A stretch of 64,000 bases of DNA from Octopus sinensis (Eukaryota): positions 200,446,001 through 200,510,000 of the forward strand of contig NC_042998.1 in NCBI RefSeq assembly GCF_006345805.1, written 5' to 3'. Made by a program: the position numbers and the translations under genes. The notes under the pieces are model-generated. The model was not told the DNA's origin, made no database searches, and saw only the letters and a program-made list of their open reading frames with translations. Shown here piece by piece: positions 53,010 to 64,000 of the stretch; positions within the stretch are counted from its first letter, which is position 1; each line of letters starts with the position of its first letter.

Positions 53010-53660
53010 TCACTTGTGCAGGTCATTCGGCAAAATCTGAACGCTCATACCACGTCGTCGATGGGAGAGTCCATTGTGTATACATACATACATGATGGCT
53101 GCCCCCTCGTTATCGTGTATGACCATTGCACGAAGCTTAAGTGTTATTGGTATTGATATCGAATGTGGCTTTTTAGCCCAGCTAAAGATCTACAATATCT
53201 TGTACAGAATTGGCAACTAAAACCTTTACCGGTGAAAGCCGGCTGTATTTGGAACTGGGCTTCATGTACGGCTGTATTCGGAACTGGGCTTTGCATGTCG
53301 TCTAAGTCCTACTGCCGAATTACACTCTCTTCCACATGCTCGACAGATATGATTAGTATGGTGTGTTACACCACCAACAGTGGCCAGGTTGTCACTCATC
53401 TGTCTCGTTTTATGACTACGAAGATGACTCTTGAGTCCAACTTTACTGAGGCAGGTTCTTGCACAGACACAGAAAGCGTAACAGCGAAGCCCTTCATGAC
53501 ATCCCTCCTTACGTTTTCACGCGCAACTAGAGATTTCTCAAAAGTAGCTGTCCCCTTGTGCACAATTCTTCTCCACATGCTACGATCAATAGCTATGCCT
53601 TACCATGAGTCAAGAGAGATGCAAGCATCTCTTAAGGAAGCGTTCAGCAAGTCCTTATAT
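53010..53660 (-). mobile_element. RTE (BovB-like) LINE 3' end with UTR
   Basis: KDLLNASLRDACISLDSW*GIAIDRSMWRRIVHKGTATFE resembles the RTE C-terminal KD.LK..L....I....WE..A.DR..WR..V..G...FE block. Confidence 0.6.
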
Positions 53661-53712
53661 ATGCATACATACATACATATATACATACATACCTAAGTAT
53701 ATATATATATAT

Positions 53713-53759
<47 letters not shown>

Positions 53760-55307
53760 TATATATATATATATTCACACATATTTATATATATGTATGC
53801 ATGTATGTATAAATGTTACTATCTAACTGTATATACATACATACATACATACATACATACATACATAAATATATACACTCATTTAGATATGGAACTCTTG
53901 CTTTAACAAAAATGTACGTTTAAAAATTAACACTTTAGCAAGTTATTTTATTGTTTCATACAAGAACTTTGAAGATAAAGACTAATCTATTTTACCATTG
54001 TTTCACATTTAAAGGCATGTATACTACAAAAATATTCAGTAATTAATTAGGAACTATAAATTGAAGAATTAGTTTCAATAGTTTTTCAATATATTCGAAA
54101 TGTTACGTACTTTTACACATTCATGGAGCGTATTAACTGAATATAAAGTATGAATAAATTTAAAGGTGAAATAGAATATTTTCTACTTATCACGATATTT
54201 AAAATTGGAGATTAATTTTATGAACGCCTATGATTAGCAAAGTGAGGAATTTTAATACATTAAGCATTCAAGGATATACTGAGTATGTATTTTGTGTGAA
54301 ATATAATTGCAAATTAATATTGTTATCGATAGTGTTAGAAGTAATTAAATAAATGAGATATGTTATGAATAAATACAAATGTACGTGTGGAATCAATGAA
54401 GGAATAAATTATTTTCTATTTTCCAAGATCTTTCACGCAGCGATGTAGGTTCTTTTACAGTACTTAAAAAATATTTCACGAAGCAGATTGATTCCATGAT
54501 CTAAAATATATTTCCTTATCTATGTAGGATATAATCAGTAGTTTGCCAGAGTATATCACTTTTGGAAGATGCTGAACCAATGTGCATTCATTTTCTGCAC
54601 TGTGTCAGCAAATGTTTGGTGCAATAACTAGAGCAACATAACGAATGCATACCGTGTAAAATAAGATTAAAATATGCACTTGTCTAGGTATTATTCTATG
54701 ATGTACAGACATTCACTAATCCACAGTGAAATTATTGTAAAATCTATGGTCAGTGAGAAATGACAGACTGCAGCTGGAAAACTCAGTCGAGAGCTTTTTT
54801 CTGGCAAGCATGTATGGTATTTAGCAACAGATTTGACAGTAAGTAGTTATGTTTTGTTTTTGAACTATTTTTCCAAAGTAAAGAGAACGAAAAATCATAA
54901 TTAGTGATATATACCTCATTATGGAAAAATGTACAAAACAATGTTTGTTAATTTTACGGGCATTGAAGTAGTTGAACTGCCGGTAGTAAGCCGCATAGCA
55001 GCTAGTATATGTAGTAGGGCAGTAGATAGGCTAAGGTGTAAACTCAGAGAGGTAGAATTAAACAAGGATGAGGAGGTTACTAAAAATATTTAGAAAGTAG
55101 GTGAAAAATGCGTTAACTTGATTTAAGTGTGGGGCTAGGGGAGAGATTATTACGAGTTGCACATGTAAACTCTTTACTAGTAATGGATAGCTTGTTTATA
55201 ATCATGCTAACACGAATTTCAATGAATTTATCTCGCTTCTCTCTTTTCCTCTGTTTTCTCTCTTTGTGTCTGTCTGTCTCTCCTCTCTCTCTCTCTCTAT
55301 CTCTCTA

Positions 55308-55379
<72 letters not shown>

Positions 55380-55502
55380 CAAACATGCATGAATATATGC
55401 AAATACATACTTGATATATGAAAAAGATATAGAATTGTTTGAAATTAAATGCGTGTGTATGTTTATATACACACCGACACGCAGACACATGCGCATGCCC
55501 TC

Positions 55503-55795
55503 ATACATACATACATACATACATATATACATACATACATGCATACATACATACATACATACATGCATACATAATTACATACATACATAATACATACATA
55601 CATACAGTCATACATACATACATACATACACACACACACATACATGCATGCATACATACATACATACATACATACATACATACATACATACACACATACA
55701 TACATACATACATACATGCATACATACACACACACATACATACATACATACATACATACATACATACATACATACATACATACATACATACATAA
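55503..55795. repeat. (CATA)n array
   Basis: Directly visible. Source of the HTYI/MYVC ORFs. Similar arrays at about 16345-16510, 43888-44030 and 51350-51420. Confidence 0.95.
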
Positions 55796-56451
55796 ATATC
55801 TTTACATATACTTACACATATACATTGAAGACCGTGAGAAAGAACGTTTCTGAGCGTGTGATTGATGTACTTAGGCATTTCCTTTGATAGGAAATGGCAA
55901 ATGAGTGGGTTTGGCAACAACAATATTTACTCGTAGAAAATATTAAAACTTACTGCTAGACACTTTCAATATATTGATCTCGTAGACAAGTATTTCCTGC
56001 GCACTATTCCCATTACTTGCGTTTTCTCCCGGAATTTTATTTGCGAATGTCTGTATGCATGTGTGTGCGTACGTATGTGTTCGTGTTTGAGTGTGTGCGT
56101 GAATGTGTACGTGTTTTTGTGGGTAACTTAGTTGGTGCTGAAATCGTTTTGATGTCGTGGCTTCTTCTTTTGCTTACCTCAGGTAAACTTACTCTCAAAA
56201 TATTTACTCAATCAAAATTAAATTAGCAATGAAAATTAATATATTTTAAATTCACTTCATAAATATTTTTTTTCCTATGCACAAACTAAACACTGCTGTA
56301 AATGGTAAGCATTATAATATTCATAAAAGCTAGCTTTCCCAAATCATACATTAAACGTCTCACTTCATAACCGAAAAATGCTTAAAAACCAGCCACTTAA
56401 AAACATGCTCTTGTTCAGAATAATGTTGTCATATCTGACGAGTTTGACAAT

Positions 56452-56840
56452 TGGTGGTGGAAGCACTCCGTCGGTTACGACAATGAGAGTTCCGGTTGAT
56501 CCGAATCAACGGAACAGCCTGCTCGTGAAATTAACATGTAAGTGGCTGAGCACTCCACAGAAACGTGTACCCTTAACGTAATTCTCGGGGATATTCAGCG
56601 TGACACAGAGAGTGACAAGGCCGGCCCTTTGAAATACAGGTACAACAGAAACAGGAAGTAAGAGTGAGAGAAAGTTGTGGTGAAAGAGTACAGCAGGGAT
56701 CACCACCATCCTCTACCGGAGCCTCGTGGAGCTTTAGGTGTTTTCGCTCAATAAACACTCACAACGCCCGGTCTGGGAATCGAAACGGCGATCCTATGAC
56801 CGCGAGTCCGCTGCCCTGTCCACTGGGCCATTGTGCCTCC
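56452..56840 (-). mobile_element. SINE family A head with a third, unrelated 3' tail
   Basis: Head and body as in other A copies to ctgtactctttcaccac, then ..gtacctgtatttcaaagggccggccttgtcac..gagcaggctgttccgttgattcggatcaaccggaac..gacggagtgcttcc. Confidence 0.8.
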
Positions 56841-57505
56841 TGTTTGACAATTATTAACTTACTAACACACTATAAAATCTGACACACACCAGTGCTGTTT
56901 CTTACAACTTTTGTATCTCCTACACTATTTCAATGGCTATGCATTTATGATCTGTTTTACTTCACACAATATTCAAATTTTTATAATAATCTCTTGCATC
57001 TTGGCGCTTCATTCTGGGGGTGCATTAATGAGTCTGATTTTATTAGTACATCTTGTCAGTTCGTTATCAGAATGCAGCTCACTAGAATTATCTACCCGTC
57101 CTCACATTTTCTGTGCTCGATGATTCTGAAGGGTGTAGCCTTGGTGTTAATTAAAACCCAGATGCACACTTAGCAGTGTCCAGCGGTTTGCAGCCGAAAC
57201 GTGCGTAGTTCTAAGAAATAAAGATGTAAAAAGAAAAGGATAATAAAATAGGATATGTATATCTCCGTTCACCTGATTTTCATTAATTTCATTATTTTCT
57301 CTACCGAATCTATTCGGATTTACGAAGCGATGATAGCAACCGAGTCTAGTAAATGCTCACTTAATTGATTTTCATTAACATTCGTTGTGGCTAGCCGACA
57401 TTGAGAACCGATATAAGAGCCAACTCGTTAAGCGTCAGGATTACATATCCTTCGAAACCATTTTGTATATGTACACACACACATATAGACACACACACAC
57501 ACACA

Positions 57506-57552
<47 letters not shown>

Positions 57553-57595
57553 AACACGCATATACACACGCTCACAAATACGCACACACACACCC

Positions 57596-57632
<37 letters not shown>

Positions 57633-57703
57633 TCCGTATATGTGTGTAAAGAAATAAGAATAAGTTGGAGGGTGTTCATTACCTCATATTATTCATCTGT
57701 AGC

Positions 57704-57749
<46 letters not shown>

Positions 57750-57901
57750 ATAAGGATAATAATGATAATGATAGTAATAATAACATTATTAATAATAATA
57801 ATATTATTAATAATTATTATCATATTATTATATATTATCTTATTATATTATTATTATAATATTAAATAATAATAATAATAATAATATAATAATACATAAT
57901 A

Positions 57902-57943
<42 letters not shown>

Positions 57944-57944
<1 letters not shown>

Positions 57945-58431
57945 TCAGACAAAGAACATGCCTCCTCATTGATATGACTGTCCCAATCGATATAAACGTA
58001 TCTGTCAAGACCTACCAAAAACTGAGCAAATATAAAGATCTTGAAATAGAAATCAGCAAAATGTGGAAGCTGAAGACTAAAACAATACCTGTTGTCATAG
58101 GTGCCCTGGGAATGATAGCGAAAGGGACTGATTGCTACCTAACTCAGATACCAGGAAACCCCAAAATGGCAGAAATTCAAAAGATAGTGCTCATGGGAAC
58201 TGCTCATATCCTACCCAAAATACTCTCTATGTAATCCCAAGGTTTAAAACAAAATTTTTTTTTTAATTTAAAAAAAAATTTTTTTTAATGTATTAGACAT
58301 TCACTAGTACAACACCAAAAAAAAAAAAAACCCAAATATATGGCACAGAACTTCCAACCTGTTGTCTCTTGAGGTCTCTGGGTGAGACTTGGAGCCAACT
58401 TGTACAGACATAAAGCAAAAGTCAAACATAA

Positions 58432-58473
<42 letters not shown>

Positions 58474-58958
58474 TCAGACAAAGAACATGCCTCCTCATTG
58501 ATATGACTGTCCCAATCGATATAAACGTATCTGTCAAGACCTACCAAAAACTGAGCAAATATAAGATCTTGAAATAGAAATCAGCAAAATGTGGAAGCTG
58601 AAGACTAAAACAATACCTGTTGTCATAGGTGCCCTGGGAATGATAGCGAAAGGGACTGATTGCTACCTAACTCAGATACCAGGAACCCCAAAATGGCAGA
58701 AATTCAAAAGATAGTGCTCATGGGAACTGCTCATATCCTACTCAAAATACTCTCTATGTAATCCCAAGGTTTAAAACAAAATTTTTTTTTTAATTTAAAA
58801 AAATTTTTTTTTTAATGTATTAGACATTCACTAGTACAACACCAAAAAAAAAAAAAACCCAAATATATGGCACAGAACTTCCAACCTGTTGTCTCTTGAG
58901 GTCTCTGGGTGAGACTTGGAGCCAACTTGTACAGACATAAAGCAAAAGTCAAACATAA

Positions 58959-58995
<37 letters not shown>
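57944..58995 (+). mobile_element. Two tandem, near-identical 5'-truncated R4/Dong-type LINE 3' ends separated by (AAT)n
   Basis: Unit about 529 bp. Copy 1 is open: DKEHAS..MTVPIDINVSVKTYQKLSKYKDLEIEISKMWKLKTKTIPVVIGALG..GTAHILPKILSM* (REL endonuclease end). Copy 2 has single-base deletions. Confidence 0.9.
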
Positions 58996-58996
<1 letters not shown>

Positions 58997-60937
58997 GGAA
59001 AGATGAAGATGAGTGTTGAATAAAATAACACAAATATAGATACATCACCACTCTTTATTTTCTGTAACGTATGTAACTTCCTTCGATTTCTCAGGAAAAA
59101 TGTTTCGTTACATATGTAAATATATACCAGGTACATGCCGTCAGTAATTATTGAGGGTAGGCAGTTGGTGAAGTTTATGTAGTAAAATACACAAAAAAAG
59201 TTAAGCGAAACAGATGTGCAACTCAGTTGAAGGCAAATATACACCTACCTTTATGACACGTAAAGAAATCGGTGTTGTGGGAGTGTACGCAGCACGTGTA
59301 CTACAGCAATACTATTCGTAACTTAAATACTGAGATTGAAAAGTAGGGGCCAATTATCCTTACCTAATTTTCAAAAAAAAAAAGAAATTACAGTTTATGC
59401 TTAGTAATCAGTGGTGCCTTCATAATTTTATTGAATTAGGTGCATCTTTTGCCATAAAAGGGAAATATTGCTATCGATCTATTTCATTCAGTGTAGGTCT
59501 ACTTTGCCTAGGTAGGCGGCACATCCCTGATATATACATATATATAGCTGACTTCAAGGCAGTCAAGATATAATATTTCACGTCTTCTATCAAGTATAGT
59601 ACACCTAATGGAAAAGAAAACACTCTTTCTTTCTCTGCACACACATACACACACACATACATACACACACACGCACGCACACGTGCACACGCACGCACAC
59701 ACGCACACATGCACACACACGTGCGCACGCATAACATTATTATGTACGTTTAAGAATGAGATCTGCACGAATATTCAGCACGAAACATTTGGTAGCATTG
59801 TATTTTTTCTGGACCTTAATTATTTTTCTAGAACTAAAAATAAAAAAGAAATAAAAAGAAAACCGTGCCCGGACCACATGTGGACGGGAAATGTGAGTTT
59901 CCGAAATGGTTATAATATTTTACTTTGTCTTACACATTTGCTTTATATTTCTCTATTTCAATTAACATTCGCTTCCTATTTCCTGTTCATATATGTAGCG
60001 TTTTGTTTTCATTTCCCGAAAGAAATAATGCAATCAATATTCTGTATTTTCTTTTTTGCTTTCTTAAAACATCATGAACATTAAGGAAACAATTGACCGC
60101 CAATAATCTATATTTAATAATGTATTTCATTTTAACTGACGTTGCTGTTTTTTTCTTATTTAGCGTCAAAAATATCATACATATTAATGACTAACTTGAG
60201 TAACTCAATGATATTTAAATGTCATAGCTATATATGGAAATACTGAAATTTGTATTTCATGAGGTTTACCTTAAGGAAGAAAACTGATCCTCAGCTGCCA
60301 ATAATGTATCACTCGGAGTTATCAACATTATTGCAAACTCTGACTATTACAATGTGAGCTATGACGGGAGAGAAACACAACAATTATCGAACACATTATA
60401 TTCTTCCTCTTGAAAACAATTAACAGACCATATTTTATATCCATCACTCGTATTGTAGTAAGTATTCCCTAAGTAAGCATATTCTAGTTGTTTCACAACA
60501 GTAAAAATCTAGTCAATGCGAAAAATCCCGCGTGGTTGCATTTCTTACTAGAAAATCGAGCTAAATGCATCTTAAATCCCGCTCTACCAACCATAAAAAC
60601 AGAGCCTGGATGTTATTCAATAATATAGTCACCGGTGGAAAGCAAATGCAAGCCATTCTTCGAAAATTAGAGGAGAACAAAGAAATTAAGGCACAGGAAA
60701 AGGTAATCTGTAAGATACAATATATATGGGGAAAGAAAAAACGAAATAATGTGGCAAAGCATGAGCAAGCTTAAACAGAGGGTACACCTCATGCAGAATC
60801 GCAAAAATTGCAGATCAGTAATTCCGTGTAATATTTTCGTGTACGCATGCCAATGGAAAAGTATTTATGCTAACACTTCCTAATAAATGTTGGCAAGTGT
60901 TAGCATAGACGACTGGACATTCATATATATATATACA

Positions 60938-60971
<34 letters not shown>

Positions 60972-62042
60972 AATATATGCATATATACATGCATATATGT
61001 ACATACATGCATATGTGGGTACAGGACATCAAAAAACCGTTGAACACAATGAGAAACGAAAACATAAAAACAAAAACATAGAAACGAACTTGTTTTCAAA
61101 TAACGAATAAACAGAGTACACGACATACAACACAAGGAATATTCCCCTTCTTCAGTTGTCCCTGTTTCGGCTACTCCGCGTTGCGAAGGTAAGGAGAAGA
61201 CGCGTCTTCGTTCAAACAGTCCTTCCCGCGAAGCAAATTAAATAAAATTTGTTATTTTTTGCGGCTAATTTCAGAGTTATGTTCTTCGTTACCAAAGCAT
61301 AGTCTCTGAAGGTGTATCAAGGCGACAGTAGGTGGCATTTATCTATGAATGGTGTATGCGTGTAGGCTTATATCGGGGTTAAGAAAGAGTCTATTAGGTG
61401 GATATCTGGCGTATAAGGATGGGTATATATGTGAGTGCTTCTGTGTATGTTCTGGTCAAACTCCATGCTGGATTCCCAATTATTTGTGGAGGGACACCCG
61501 AAGCTGGGGAACCGCCACCTATAGTCACAATGGGGGACGAAAGTACGATAAGATATACTTTCCTTCATGTAGGCAAGGAATAAAAATTTGACTTTTGCCG
61601 CTGAGGTAGATGCCTGGGTGCTGAGCACTCTTTAAAATCGTTCTTTTCTCAGCCTGGTGCAATCTATAATTCCTACTGCTATTGAAGTATGTTTATGCCA
61701 AAAGATCTGCGTACTTTTTATATGTTTATATTTAATACGAGAACGACAGGACGTGGGATCCTCCTGCCGATTCTCATGAAGGAATGCAAACATGTCATAG
61801 TTATGACACAGAAAACAATTTACAGTTAGTAGCTAAAGAAAATATCGTCCTAACAAATTTATAGTCGATAATCTCTCTCTCTTTTTTCCTTCCACACACA
61901 CATAGACACGCACATACACACATATATACACACTGACACGTATGAAGACACACATGCACACGCGCACACATATATATATATTAGATTCGTACGTCTGTTA
62001 GAGAAAGTTAGAGAGAAATGGAGACAAAGAGATAGATAATAA

Positions 62043-62086
<44 letters not shown>

Positions 62087-62103
62087 TTAGATAGATAGAT
62101 AGA

Positions 62104-62175
<72 letters not shown>

Positions 62176-62699
62176 TGTATGCTTGAAGGTCTGAAATAGT
62201 AAGCTACATTTTTAGAAATGCGAATTACTACCTCGATACGACTGAGAAATCCAAGTAAAATCAAGAGATTCCAGCTAAAATATCTACCTGTACTCGTTCT
62301 TACTTTTGTATACTGTAAAAACATATTTGTTTCTGCGTGTGTGTTTGTATATTATATAAAACATACAAGCAAATGCGTATACATACATATTCCAATGTGA
62401 ATGTGTGTGTGATTGTGTGTGTGTGCGTAAATCCGCATGCTTACATTTATATATCTATAGACATATGAGGGTGTATACATAAATGTATCTGCGCGCAAAC
62501 AAACAACATGAAGCCAAAGTCATTGAGTAAAGGCAAGGAAGGAATTTAATTATTCAAAGTAGAAATTATGTCTGAAGCATTTAATGAAATTTTAAATTAC
62601 AAGAACTGTTTAAACTAGTTCCATTCCACTTCCTAACACATGAGAACAGATACAACACAAGCTATACATCCAACCTCTACTACACCAAACCCATCTCCT

Positions 62700-63400
62700 G
62701 TATATACCGCTTCTTCATTCCACGCAGCTCTAATCTTTCACGTTGCCGTTCACAGGAATTCTTCAAATGTCGTATAAAATTTTATTATCTCCGTTACTAA
62801 ATGCAACGCACTCTCGAACGACGAGTACAAACCGTCGGTCAACATTACATTCTGAGAATGGTTGAATGAACGGAGCCATGTAAAATCGTATTGGTAATAC
62901 TTGCAGAAGAAATACGACGTTACAACATGTGTGTAATATAACTTTAATGAAGATGCAGTGCAGCAGACAATCAGGAAAACGTTCATTAGTAATTGACTTC
63001 ACTCTGCCACTAACGTCAGAGGAATTTAACCGATACTTTCCCCTTGGTGATCAAGTGCTGTGTTGTGTTACTAAACACATTACATTTTATAAGCGAAGTT
63101 GTTCGATGTCTTCTTTGGCTTATAAGTTTAAGTCATTGTGTTTACACTACGGCTTACTTTGCTCCGAGAAACCAGCAATGCAAATCTTCCAGTCATAAAT
63201 TCTCCATCTCTTTTTCAAACACTGGTTATCTGATATCATATTTTCAGATATGATATGCCATTCTTATTTTCAAAACTGTAGTATCTGGTTCCAGAAAATT
63301 AGACTGCTATTTCTAACAGCTCTATCCACCGAGCTTGCCTTTCACCATGTATGTTTGTTAGTATAAAATAATTTGGTTTCGAAATCACAACGTTCATTGG
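62700..63400 (-). mobile_element. Highly decayed CR1/L2-like LINE C-terminus
   Basis: TSYFFCKYYQYDFTWLRSFNHSQNVMLTDGLYSSFESAL is loosely like FF.NRV...WN.LP..VV...SL..FK..L. Weak. Confidence 0.4.
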
Positions 63401-64000
63401 AGACACAACACGGTGTTAAAGGTCTTTCAGAAAGTTTTAAAATAGCACTATATATTACTATGTACAGCAACTTTATTAAATATTGTCAAAGCCAAACATT
63501 AAATTGACATTCGTAGAAATGAGCTTCGTTTCTAGATGCATCACCTCCAACATCAATAACCATTTCTAAATAGCATTTTGTTAATTATATCTACAACCTA
63601 GGCATATAAGATATTGCAAATGAACTTTAGTATCATTCTAAAAAGAATATTCTTCATTCTCAATTCAAATAAATATATATTTTAACCCATAGGCATGAAG
63701 CTAATAGCTGTAACATCAATAACTCATCTAATCTTAAACAAATTGTTGTTACTCTAGCTTGAGTGGATATGGTGGACGAAAACTGAAAGGATGTGTGTGT
63801 GTGTACATGAGACTAAGTGTCTGTGTGTGTGTGTGTGTCTGCGTATATGAGAGTGTTTGTCTGTGTGTGTGTGTCTGTGTATATGAGAGTGTTTGTCTGT
63901 GTGTATGTATCTGTGTGTTTGTGTCTATGTTGTTCCCCGCCCATTGTCTGACAACCAGTGTTGGTGATTTCCAGTCCCCGTGATTTATCGGTCCGGGGAA

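Noticed and set aside
53163-53696. 177-aa plus-strand ORF
   Set aside because: It is the antisense frame of an RTE 3' end and has no protein features.

Overview
AT-rich, microsatellite-saturated animal DNA. The SINE, LINE and MITE families resemble those I associate with octopus (coleoid cephalopod) genomes; this is recalled, not database-checked. I can support only one host coding exon: 137 nt on the minus strand (10482-10618) encoding PSFWGLLNLEWSLCNKGKNQSPINIDPGTLLYDPQLENLKIDGNM, the N-terminal block of a carbonic anhydrase-related protein (CA10/CA11-like). The neighbouring exons are not visible, so most of the window is probably intron. The rest is decayed transposons (R4/Dong-type REL LINEs, CR1/L2, RTE, Penelope-like, Tc1, mariner, a Helitron end, a TTAGGG-bearing MITE), several tRNA-headed SINE families, and simple repeats. 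Almost all ORFs in the supplied track are microsatellite translations. The most unusual signal is a set of small repeats carrying Penelope-type minimal hammerhead ribozyme motifs. One is nearly complete and sits in a 1.35 kb head-to-head inverted repeat. Others lie at the 3' end of a tRNA-headed SINE-like element, which suggests non-autonomous elements mobilised by Penelope-like machinery. The 44-47 kb and 58 kb regions could partly be long-read assembly artefacts.
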